Below are positions 1 through 8,683 of a DNA stretch of 64,000 nt, piece by piece. Position 1 is the stretch's first letter, and each line of letters begins with the position of its first letter. Below the pieces are notes generated by a model that was not told the origin of the DNA, searched no databases, and saw nothing but the letters and a program-made list of their open reading frames with translations. The position numbers and the translations under genes were made by a program. The DNA is taken from positions 18,787-82,786 of the forward strand of contig CAVZWJ010000015.1 of the NCBI GenBank assembly GCA_963778985.1. The letters are read 5' to 3'. The DNA is from an uncultured Solirubrobacterales bacterium (GTDB lineage Bacteria; Actinomycetota; Thermoleophilia; Solirubrobacterales; Solirubrobacteraceae).

Positions 1-111
1 GCTTCATGAAGTCATTGATCGTCGTGGCGATGCCCGTCAGGCTCATCATGTCCGTGTTCGGGCGATCAGCGACCACGATCAGTGACCAGACTCAACGTGC
101 CAAGCGCCGGC

Positions 112-618
112 TCAGGTTGGGAGCGGACCCCCAGGGCTGCAGACGACGCCGACGATCGTGCCGGTCCCGGGGTGCCCGGGGTCCGGGCCGTAGCCGGGAT
201 CGACGTGAACGAGCACGATCTCATTGATGTCACCCGAGATCACGGGTCCGGACTTCGTTACCTGGGTGGAGATGATCATCGGGACGTCGCCGGAGACCGT
301 CAGCGGCGGGAAGGAACTGTCGCCGGGGCGCGTCTCCCACGTGTCACCGCACTTTGCGGTCGCCGGGTCCGCCGAGTCCGCGAAGCCCTTGAACGAGGCC
401 GGAGCGATTCCGCCGCTGAGGACGTTGTTCTCCCACCATTGCGCGCCCCAGAACAGAACCGTGCCCGGAGTCTTGGCTGACGTGTCACCGACCACGAACA
501 TGCCCGTCGGCGAGACGGGGCGCGCAAGGGCGCCCGGCGCCAGCGCCAGCAGTCCGAGCCCGACAACCGCGGTTGCGAATCCGATCCGCCTGCGCCGTCG
601 AAAGTCGCTCATGAACAT
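112..618 (-). CDS. Secreted hypothetical protein
   Basis: ATG at 618 with GGAG upstream; Arg-rich N-region (RRRRRIGF), hydrophobic stretch and ALA cleavage-like site; no family recognised. Confidence 0.7.
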   Translation of the reverse strand: MFMSDFRRRRRIGFATAVVGLGLLALAPGALARPVSPTGMFVVGDTSAKTPGTVLFWGAQWWENNVLSGGIAPASFKGFADSADPATAKCGDTWETRPGDSSFPPLTVSGDVPMIISTQVTKSGPVISGDINEIVLVHVDPGYGPDPGHPGTGTIVGVVCSPGGPLPT

Positions 619-685
619 GGGGGCATCTCCTATCGTTTGACATCGCTCTCTCTGTGTAGCGGCCATGGCGGGCATAGGTTGAATC

Positions 686-789
686 CCGCGCCGCGGCCGG
701 ATCGATCAGGTCGTGCCGGCGAGCGGCGCGTGTCCGCGCCGAGGCCGGATCGATCAGGTCGTGCCGGCGAGCGGCGCGTGTCCGAGCCG
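686..789. repeat. 48-bp tandem duplication (2 copies plus partial) of the DsbA gene 3' end and stop
   Basis: ccgcgccg(c/a)ggccggatcgatcaggtcgtgccggcgagcggcgcgtgt at 686 and 734; the second copy contains the stop codon at 754-756. Confidence 0.9.
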
Positions 790-1392
790 CTGCAGCACCT
801 GATCGAACACATCGTGCGGCTGCGCCCCCGGGACGAGGAAGCGCTCATCAATGACCCACGCCGGCACCCCACCGGCGCCGAGCTCAAGGGCCGCGTCGGT
901 CTGCTCGGAGATCCGCCGGCCGTACTCCGGGTCATCGAGCGCGGCGACGATCTCGTCACGCTCGAGCCCCGCCGCGGAGCCCTCCTCGACGAGGACGTTC
1001 GGGTCCCCGAGATCTCGACCTCGCGCCCAGTACGCCTCGAACAGCCGGGGATGTAGCGCGTCAAGCGCGCCGCGGTCACGTGCCAGCTCCCCGAGCATCA
1101 GCGCACGCCGGGAGTTCGGGACCTTGTCGAGCTTGTCGAGGTGGGGCAGGCCGACCTCAGCGAACATCGTGCCCAGCCGGTCGTTGAAACTCGAGCCGTA
1201 CCGCTCGAGCAAGACCGCGCGCGGGATGCCCTCCGGCGGGTACTCGGGATGCAGGACAAACGGCCGCCATTCGATCTCGGCGCCGTACCGACGCGCAAGC
1301 CACGCCGCGCGCTCGAGCGCGACGTAGCAGAAGGGTCATATGTAGTCGCTCCAGACGACGATCCGCGGCGCGCCGTTGGCATGCTCCGGCAT
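754..1392 (-). CDS. DsbA/FrnE-family thiol-disulfide oxidoreductase, probable selenoprotein (UxxC)
   Basis: Reads MPEHANGAPRIVVWSDYI-TGA-PFCYVALER...WRPFVLHP...GVPAWVI...GAQP; the in-frame TGA (1336-1338) sits at the first Cys of the family CPxC motif. Confidence 0.85.
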
Positions 1393-1429
1393 TGCCCGGA
1401 CGATAGAGACTCCGTGAACCGCGGCTACC

Positions 1430-2768
1430 TCACGCGCCCCCGTCGATCGCGTCGAAGCGCCGAAGAAGCTTCTCGCCGCGTCCCGGGTGCAGCGCGCTCA
1501 CCCAGGCGATCCGCCCGCGGAGGTGGGCCTCGAAGTCGGGGGTGCCGAAGCGATTCTGCGCGGCGGGGCCGTCCCGTGCCGCGTTGTGGAGGATCGCCTT
1601 CAGAGCGTCGTACTCGGTCCGCGCGATGTTGACGCGATCGTTGACGACGATGCCGCACACCGTCTGCCGGGCACTGGCGGGACGCACGACGGACTTCTCG
1701 GCGTTCACCGTGAATCCCTCCTCCCTGACGATCGCCGCCACCCGTTCCTCGAGCCCGGCCAGCCACGCGCGCATCCGCGTCGACCCGGAGAACGTGAGGT
1801 CGTCCGCGTAGCGCGAGTACCGCAGGTCCGAGGCAGCGGCGAGACCGGCGAGCCGCCGGTCCAGCCGGAACGCCGCAAGGTTCGCCAGCGCGGGAGACGT
1901 CGGAGCGCCCTGGGGCAGGTGCGGCGTCGCGAGCGCGCGCCCCAGCCAGAACCGTGGCTGCACGAGCCGCGAGTCATCCGCCCTCGCCGCGATCACCTGC
2001 CAGACCGTGACCGGAACGACATTGGTCGTGATCCCGGTGAGCACGCGAGCCACGGGCGGCGCATATCCGAGCGTCCTGAACAGGCCATAGACACGACCGG
2101 CTGCGATCGAGGCGAAGAAGTCGCGGAGGTCGAGGCGCAGCACGACGTCCTGACGCGCGTGCCCCCGTGCGTGAGTGATCGCCGATCGACCGCGGGTGAA
2201 GCCGTGCGCGCAGTCGTGCGCGGGAACGCGGTCGAGGATCTCGCGGAGCACCCACCGCTGGATCTCCTTGAGACGCGCCTTGGGGACCTCGATGATCCGC
2301 GGTAGCCCGCCGCGGCGCGGCAGCGTGCGATAGCGATAGTTGCGGAGCTTCTCGCCGGCCACCGTCCGCTCCCAGCCGCGGACATCGGCGAGCCACGCGA
2401 GCTGGCCACCACTCAGCTCAAGCCGCTCCGCGAGCGCCGCGACGGATGTGATCTCAGCGACCGGCCACCGGGCCGCGACGCGAGCCCGCGGCCGGATGCT
2501 CGGTCCCGGACCGGGCGCGCCCGCCGCATGCTCTTCGAGGAACGCGTCGATCGTCTGCGCAAGGCCACGACGATCGTCGATCGGTGCGACCCGGAACACC
2601 GCGACGACGGACAGCGCGAGCGCCTCGAGCCACGGCGGCCAGCCGTTCAGGCGGACGGCGGCGCTCCTCGGCGATCGACTCCACCCGCCACGGACTCTCG
2701 AGCATCGTCCCGGCCAGCTCGGAGGCGAGCGCCGTGCCGGTAGCGGGGTCGTACACACCGTGCATCAT
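1430..2768 (-). CDS. Retron-type reverse transcriptase with N-terminal extension (apparent frameshift near 2665)
   Basis: RT motifs AHGF, DLRDFF, LPQGAPTSPALAN, YSRYADD; region-X-like HARGH and region-Y-like VCG; the N-terminus MMHGVYDPATGTALASELAG lies in another frame and joins near 2665. Confidence 0.85.
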
Positions 2769-2769
2769 C

Positions 2770-2938
2770 GCGGCGCCGCGCCCCGACTGCTCCTCGTCCC
2801 GCGTGCCCGGACGTGCTTCCGAAGGACGCACTCCTAGGGCTCGCGATGCACTGACCTACGTCATGGTTGATCCCCGGGGTTGCCCCGGAGAGGGAGGCGC
2901 GTTCAGACGCGCCAACCCACCTCGGTGCGCGACGCCGC
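2770..2938 (-). ncRNA. Retron msr-msd non-coding RNA
   Basis: 17-nt inverted repeats at 2922-2938 and 2770-2786; unpaired G at 2921; stem-loops at 2896-2913 and 2874-2888; long hairpin at 2800-2845; RT ATG begins 2 nt past the 3' repeat. Confidence 0.8.
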
Positions 2939-2944
2939 CTACGG

Positions 2945-2950
2945 ACGCTA
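2945..2950 (-). promoter_or_regulatory. Putative -10 element (TAGCGT) for the retron transcript
   Basis: TANNNT hexamer overlapping the upstream gene stop, 6 nt before the first base of the 5' inverted repeat. Confidence 0.45.
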
Positions 2951-4456
2951 CCGCACGCTCGAGCCCCGGAGGGAGACGAGCGCAGCGCTGTACGCCGGGA
3001 GCGGCACGAGATAGCGGTGGCCTACCTGCGGGATCGTCTCGTGCTCGGCGTCGCCCACCCAGTGGGCCGCCTGGTTCAGGCGCTGACCGCCGAACGTCTC
3101 CCCTCCGAGCGCCGCCGGCCCCGGCGCGAGCAGCCGCTGAACGGTCGCCGATCCGCGCGCGGCAAGGTCGAGCGACACCTGCCGCGCCCGCGGCCCCTTG
3201 TTGATCAGCAGGACGTGGATGCGGTGTCCGGCGATGGCCACCACCCAGGCCTTGAGCGACGATGGCGCGTGCCGCACCCGGGACGGAAGCAGGCGGGCGT
3301 CGGCGCCGAGCGTGCGGGCGAAGAGGATCATTCCGTACAGCAGCGGATGGACGATCACGCCGTGACGATCGAACGTGAACGGGTCGTTGACCGAGGTGAC
3401 GCGCGCGTGAAGATTGACCCCGCGCGCCCCGGCCCGCACGTACTCGAAGGCCGTGTCCGGTGCCCACAGCGCGGTCGCGAATGCGTTGCTGACGCCGGGA
3501 GTTCCGCCGCACGTGACGGAGTTGATCTCGGTGAGGCGGAATGGGAGGCCGTAGCGGTGGGCCAGCCGAATCGCAGGCTCGACACCGCGCGCCGTGCCGG
3601 CGGTCGCCTGCTCGCTGAGGACTCGGGCGATCGTCGGGTAGACCGGCGAACCGGGCAGCGAACACGTGGCATACGGATATCGGTGCCCGCTCACCAAGCC
3701 GAGTCCGGGGTGCGGCCCCGCGAGCAGGGTCTGGATCCAGTCGATGTGGGTCGTCGGATCGGCGAGCGCCGGGGCCACGAGCGGCACCTTCGGCACGAGC
3801 CGACGGAGCACCCGCGCGTACGCCCGGTAGTCCTGGGCGTAGCTGTCGGGTGTGATGCCGAGCGGAAGCGCCGAGCCGCTGAACTGTTCGCCGCCGGTGG
3901 CGAAGACCCAGAAGGCGCGGTGGTAGAGGTCGGGCTCGTTGCCGATCTCGAAACCGAGGATGCTGCCCGGCGGGAACGACGCGTGGGCAATCGATGCCCA
4001 TGCGCCCGCGAGGTCAGGGCTTCCGGTGATCAGGTTGAGGTCGAGGATCACGCGCAGACGCATTTCCCTGACGATCCGCGCAGTCCGGGCGACGAACGCC
4101 GGAGTCAGCTCGAACGACCACCGCGGCGGCTCCCGAACCTGCGGGTCGTAGAACGTGCGCGAGGTCGAGTCGCCCCCGATCCGGAGGATGTATCGGCCGT
4201 CACCGGGCACGTGGAGCATTGACAGGATGCGGGTGTAGAGCCCGACGTGGAGTTCATCGTCGGGCAGCGTCCAGTACTCCGTCGAGAGCCCGAAGAACGA
4301 GTGCGGAATGCGCTGCCCGTGGGCGGCGGCGCCGACCGCGACGTCCGCCGTGGGAAACGGGACGACGCTGTCGGCGATGGCCGAGGACGCTGTTGCGCCA
4401 GCGATCGCGGCGAGGCAGCACAACACACTCGTAATGCACGTGGAAGCGCGCCCCAC
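2948..4456 (-). CDS. Secreted glycoside hydrolase, GH79-like (clan A) with C-terminal beta domain
   Basis: Signal peptide; motifs LRIGG, FEIGNEPD, RLTEINS, GVSNAFATALW; start uncertain. Confidence 0.8.
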   Translation of the reverse strand: MGRASTCITSVLCCLAAIAGATASSAIADSVVPFPTADVAVGAAAHGQRIPHSFFGLSTEYWTLPDDELHVGLYTRILSMLHVPGDGRYILRIGGDSTSRTFYDPQVREPPRWSFELTPAFVARTARIVREMRLRVILDLNLITGSPDLAGAWASIAHASFPPGSILGFEIGNEPDLYHRAFWVFATGGEQFSGSALPLGITPDSYAQDYRAYARVLRRLVPKVPLVAPALADPTTHIDWIQTLLAGPHPGLGLVSGHRYPYATCSLPGSPVYPTIARVLSEQATAGTARGVEPAIRLAHRYGLPFRLTEINSVTCGGTPGVSNAFATALWAPDTAFEYVRAGARGVNLHARVTSVNDPFTFDRHGVIVHPLLYGMILFARTLGADARLLPSRVRHAPSSLKAWVVAIAGHRIHVLLINKGPRARQVSLDLAARGSATVQRLLAPGPAALGGETFGGQRLNQAAHWVGDAEHETIPQVGHRYLVPLPAYSAALVSLRGSSVR

Positions 4457-4603
4457 GCCGCGACCCTACCAACCGATAGTGACGGCTAGCTCGAGCGCCC
4501 GAGCACCTAAGACCCCTCTCACGCAGGATCAGGCGCCGGTTCGATCGCCCGCATGCCACACTCTGGCCTCGGGCTCCTCCGGGGTCGGTGCACAAGCACG
4601 CCC

Positions 4604-5326
4604 ATGATCCTTGCTTCCATTACAGACTCGTTCGTGCAATTGGCCACGAATGTCGTGAACGATCTCGGCCTCATCGGGATCTTCCTGCTGATGCTCGCGG
4701 AGAGCGCGTGCATCCCGATCCCATCCGAGGCGACGATGCTGTTCGCCGGCTTCAGCGTGTCCGAGGGCCATTACTCATTGATCGCGATCACGATCGCGGG
4801 CGTCGCCGGGAACCTCGCTGGCTCCTGGATTGCCTACGCCGTCGGCTACTACGGTCGGATGGAACTCGTTGAGCGCCATGCGCACAAGCTCCACATCAAG
4901 GCATCTCACGTTGAGTGGGCCGACCGATGGTTTGGTCGCTACGGCGAGGCGACGGTCTTCTTCACCCGCCTCCTGCCGATCATCCGCACGTTCATCTCCC
5001 TGCCCGCGGGTATCGCGCGGATGCCGTTCTGGCGCTTTACGGTGTTCACGCTGCTGGGGTGTATCCCATGGGTGTTCCTGCTCGGATTCATCGGCGACCA
5101 GGTCGGCCATAACTGGACTCAGTGGAAGGACAGCCTTCGCTACGTCGACTATGCCGTCGTCGTCCTCGCCGTCGCCGGGATCGTCTACCTGATCGTCCGC
5201 CGCCGCCGGAAGACAAGCGCCGACGGGCTCGCGGCCGCGGGCCCCGGCGACGCCGCGTCGGTCGATCCCGCCGAGCCGCTCAGCGCTGACGCCGAGCCCG
5301 AGAACCGGCTCAGCCGTAACGCGTAG
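4604..5326 (+). CDS. DedA family membrane protein
   Basis: ESACIPIPSE and FTRLLPIIRTFISLPAG motifs. Confidence 0.9.
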   Translation: MILASITDSFVQLATNVVNDLGLIGIFLLMLAESACIPIPSEATMLFAGFSVSEGHYSLIAITIAGVAGNLAGSWIAYAVGYYGRMELVERHAHKLHIKASHVEWADRWFGRYGEATVFFTRLLPIIRTFISLPAGIARMPFWRFTVFTLLGCIPWVFLLGFIGDQVGHNWTQWKDSLRYVDYAVVVLAVAGIVYLIVRRRRKTSADGLAAAGPGDAASVDPAEPLSADAEPENRLSRNA

Positions 5327-5371
5327 AGCTCGCGCATCGCTCGACCCGTGCCAGGTGGGCAGGGAGCAGCA

Positions 5372-6331
5372 ATGCACGTGAATATTGACTCCGAGTCTCA
5401 CGGCCTGCGCCGTCCGAGCCGGCGTCTCGTCGCGGTGCTGCTCACACTCGCGACGATTACCGCGTTCGCCGGAACGCTGGCAGTCTGGGTCAACCGTCAA
5501 GCGCTCAACACACGCAACTGGACGACCACGAGCGGCCGCCTCCTCGCCGATCCCCAGATCCAGAAGGCGCTCGGCAATTACCTCGTCGATGAGGTGTTCG
5601 CGTCCGTGGGGGTGTCGAGCTCGCTGGGGCGCGTCCTCCCGAAGCCGGCCGCCGGTCTTGCCGCGCCGCTCACGACGGAACTTCGGAACGTTGCCGACCG
5701 GCTCGTGCCCGCGCTGCTCGCGACGAACGCCGCGCAGCGAGTATGGCGCGAGGCGAACCGGGCGGCGCACACCCAGCTGATGCGGGTGATCAGCGGAGGC
5801 GGGACTGCCGTCTCGACGCACGGCGGCGTCGTCACCCTTGACCTACGTCCGCTCGTCGAGTTGCTCGTCTCACGGATCGGGCTCCTTCGCCGACTTGGCA
5901 TCTCGGTGCCCAACGGCGCGGGCCGAATCGTGATCATGCGCTCGGACCAGCTCCGGACGGCGCAGGACATCGCGGCGGGCATCCGCGGCCTCGCCGTTAC
6001 CTTCACGATCGTGCCCCTCGCCCTGTGCGCCCTCGCCCTCTGGGTGGCCGTTGGGTGGCGCCGGATCGTGCTCCGCCGCATCGGCTGGTGCGCCGCCGGC
6101 CTCGGCGTCGTGCTTCTCCTCGGCCGGCGGCTGCTCGGGAACATCGTGATCGACGCGCTCGTGAGTGCGCCGACGGTACGCGGCGCCGGCATCTCGGCGT
6201 GGCTGATCGGCACCAGCCTGCTGCGTGACATCGCGGTTGCGCTCACCGCCTGCGGGCTGATCATCCTGGGCGTCGTGTGGCTCGCCGGCGCGACGGCGCC
6301 AGCGAGGCGGCTGCGGCGGTTGGCGCGCTGA
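5372..6331 (+). CDS. Integral membrane hypothetical protein
   Basis: Long ORF with an N-terminal TM segment and three C-terminal TM segments; RBS-like GGGAG before the ATG. Confidence 0.7.
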   Translation: MHVNIDSESHGLRRPSRRLVAVLLTLATITAFAGTLAVWVNRQALNTRNWTTTSGRLLADPQIQKALGNYLVDEVFASVGVSSSLGRVLPKPAAGLAAPLTTELRNVADRLVPALLATNAAQRVWREANRAAHTQLMRVISGGGTAVSTHGGVVTLDLRPLVELLVSRIGLLRRLGISVPNGAGRIVIMRSDQLRTAQDIAAGIRGLAVTFTIVPLALCALALWVAVGWRRIVLRRIGWCAAGLGVVLLLGRRLLGNIVIDALVSAPTVRGAGISAWLIGTSLLRDIAVALTACGLIILGVVWLAGATAPARRLRRLAR

Positions 6332-6389
6332 GAGCCGTCCCGGCGGGGATACTGGCACCCACCCGGTCGAGGTGAGATGCTCCGCGGCC

Positions 6390-7712
6390 ATGACAACACT
6401 GCGCCGCCGCATCCGTCTAGGAATGGTCACTTTCGCCGTCGGTGCGGCGGCCACCGCCGGACCGGTTGCCGCTGCCGGACCCTCCGGCCGTGCGGCGCGC
6501 CCCGATCCATCCTTCGGTCGCGGTCGCGGCTGGGTGACGACCCGCATCCCGGGACGCGACGTGCTCGCCTATGGAGCGACGATCACGCCGGCGCGGAGAA
6601 TCGTCATCGCCGGGCAGGCGACCACTCCCCGCGGCCAGGGCCAGATCGTCGTCGCCAGGTACCTGCCGGGCGGTCGTCTCGACCCCGGATTCGGGACGCA
6701 CGGTGTGTTTGAGACCTCCTTCCCCGCCCGATCCGGGCCGTACATCGGGCTCGCCGTCCAGCCGCAGGGGTCACGCGGGAAGCTGGTCGTCGCCGGTGGA
6801 TATGGACTCGGTTCGATGCTCGTCATGCGACTGACCGCGAGCGGCCGCGTCGATCGCTCGTTCGGCACGCGACACGGCTACACGACCGTGCCGGTCGGCG
6901 GGACGGCGGAGTCGCTCGCGATCGGCCGCGGCGGCGTGATCCTCGTCGGCGGATCGAACGCGAATGCAAACGGGCGCCCGATGATCGTCGCGCGGCTCAC
7001 GAGTGCTGGTCGGTTGGACCGCCGATTCGGACGCGGCGGCGTCGCCCAGCTCGCCTTCTGGAACCTGCGACTGGCGGCAAGTGCCGGAACGACCGGCCTG
7101 GCGACGACGAGCGACGGCGGGGTCATCGGCGCCGGCCATCTTGACTACATCGGCTCCGATGGCCACGGGAGCGCCGGGATCTTTCGCCTCTCGTCCCACG
7201 GGCGTCCGCTCACCGGCTTCGGCCGGCAGGGCCACCTCGAGGTGGCGTTCCCCAAGCGCGGAGGCGCCTTTCAGCAATGGTTCCCGTGCGCCATGGCCGT
7301 TGACGGCCGCGGCCGGATCACCGTGACGGGCGACGGCTCGGCCGGCTCCGGCGCGGCGCTGCTGAGCGTGCGCACGAGCGCGCGCGGCGTGCTCGATCCC
7401 AGCTTCGGCCCAGCTCGGAACGGGCATGCCGTCTTGCCCGGGCTACGGACCTTCAGCACGACGACGTGCGGCGCCACCGTCAGCCGCAGCGGGCTCCTCA
7501 CGGCCGGCGTAGCGGCGACGCTGGCGCGGCTGCGGTCAGACGGCGCCCCGGACCGAGGGTTCAGCCGCACCGGACGCCTGCGGATCGGGACGCCGCGGCA
7601 CGTCGCGATTCAGGCGGTCGTGGCGAGCGGCAGCGGTGCCGTTCTCCTCGCGGGATCGGCCGGAAACGACATCTACGTCGCGCGCTATCTGCTGGGTAGC
7701 GGGCCGCGCTGA
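6390..7712 (+). CDS. Secreted delta-60 repeat (beta-propeller-like) protein
   Basis: Signal peptide; repeated G-x-LD-x-x-FG-x-x-G units (LDPGFGTHG, VDRSFGTRHG, LDRRFGRGG, LDPSFG). Confidence 0.75.
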   Translation: MTTLRRRIRLGMVTFAVGAAATAGPVAAAGPSGRAARPDPSFGRGRGWVTTRIPGRDVLAYGATITPARRIVIAGQATTPRGQGQIVVARYLPGGRLDPGFGTHGVFETSFPARSGPYIGLAVQPQGSRGKLVVAGGYGLGSMLVMRLTASGRVDRSFGTRHGYTTVPVGGTAESLAIGRGGVILVGGSNANANGRPMIVARLTSAGRLDRRFGRGGVAQLAFWNLRLAASAGTTGLATTSDGGVIGAGHLDYIGSDGHGSAGIFRLSSHGRPLTGFGRQGHLEVAFPKRGGAFQQWFPCAMAVDGRGRITVTGDGSAGSGAALLSVRTSARGVLDPSFGPARNGHAVLPGLRTFSTTTCGATVSRSGLLTAGVAATLARLRSDGAPDRGFSRTGRLRIGTPRHVAIQAVVASGSGAVLLAGSAGNDIYVARYLLGSGPR

Positions 7713-7806
7713 ACGCGGCGGGGGTCCGTGCCGCACGCCGAGGAGCCGCGCTGAACGCGGCGGGGGCCGTGCCGAACGCCCGAGGAGCCGCGCTGAACGC
7801 GGCGGG
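7703..7806. repeat. Three copies of the palindrome gccgcgctgaacgcggc at a 42-bp period (REP-like)
   Basis: Copies at 7703, 7745 and 7787, between convergent genes; the first contains the upstream gene's TGA. Confidence 0.85.
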
Positions 7807-7904
7807 ACCTCCGCGGAACTGATCGGTCGCGGCAAGCCCCGGCATGCCACTGCCAGGGCCGGCCGCGAGCCGAGACCCCGCCCGGCCGATGCCTGTCGGC
7901 GGTG

Positions 7905-8531
7905 CTAGGCGAGAAACGGCTGGAGCTTCTTGACCGTGTTCGGGATCGTGTCGATCTTCGGCACGGACGGCAGAACGCCATGGCCACCTGCCGCCGCGTC
8001 GAAGAAGCTGAAGTGCGATGCCTCGTTCGCCGCCACCTTGGCCGCGACGAGCCTGAGGTCGCCTGAGCTGAACGTGTGCACCGCGCCGAGATAGGCCTCG
8101 ACAAAGGCCGTCTCCAGCGCGACGCCGGTGTCGAGCAGCGACTGACCGCTCTTGGTGACCTTCGCTGGGATCGTAAACCGCAGACCCTTCGGCGTCCGGC
8201 TCCCGAGCGCCTTCGCGAGAAACGCCTTGTGGTCCTTCTCGTTCTTCAGTGCCGCCACGAAGTAGTCCTTGTTCTCCAGCTTCGGGTGCTCGAAGGAGCT
8301 GAAGTTCTTCAGGATCGCCTCGTACAGGAACACGGCGAGGCTCTCCGCCGTGTACGCCGCCTGCAGCGTCTTGATGTCGCTCTTCGTCGGACTGGCGGCG
8401 AATGCCACCCCCTGCACCGACGCGAGCACACCCCCGGAGGTCGCGAGCACGAGCCCGCCCTTGGCCGTGTTCCGCAGGAACTGCCCGCGGTTCACGCTCA
8501 CCTTGTTCACGCTTACCTTGTCATCACTCAC
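7905..8531 (-). CDS. Ferritin-like domain protein with Tat-like signal
   Basis: GGAGG RBS before GTG 8531; NRGQFLRN plus hydrophobic leader; E..Y, EKDH, E..AY and EASH diiron-type motifs. Confidence 0.8.
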   Translation of the reverse strand: MSDDKVSVNKVSVNRGQFLRNTAKGGLVLATSGGVLASVQGVAFAASPTKSDIKTLQAAYTAESLAVFLYEAILKNFSSFEHPKLENKDYFVAALKNEKDHKAFLAKALGSRTPKGLRFTIPAKVTKSGQSLLDTGVALETAFVEAYLGAVHTFSSGDLRLVAAKVAANEASHFSFFDAAAGGHGVLPSVPKIDTIPNTVKKLQPFLA

Positions 8532-8683
8532 TGGGGCCTCCCATTGCCGCACAGTTGACGTTGTCGATGACTATTCGCGGGCAGATAGGGACCGGATCAC
8601 TCGGCAACCTGAATTGCCGGCCTCATCTACGGGAGGATTACCCCCTTCCGCACGCGGACCCTGAGACGAGAGGAAACACTGAG

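Noticed and set aside
1..80. Partial minus-strand gene start (MMSLTGIATTINDFMK...)
   Set aside because: Truncated by the window edge and too short to support a call.
754..1212. DsbA gene as a 152-aa ORF or pseudogene
   Set aside because: The frame continues upstream through a single TGA exactly at the catalytic Cys position, which fits selenocysteine better than truncation.
1430..2768. Group II intron or DGR reverse transcriptase
   Set aside because: No maturase domain, intron RNA boundaries, TR/VR repeat pair or avd gene; the upstream structure fits a retron.
2856..4222. Long alternative-frame ORFs (e.g. 2867-4222, 35852-37270, 46429-47958)
   Set aside because: These are Arg/Pro/Ala-rich shadow ORFs typical of high-GC DNA that overlap well-supported genes.
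7703..7806. CRISPR array
   Set aside because: The units are only 17 bp, the spacers are near-identical to one another, and there are no cas genes in the window.
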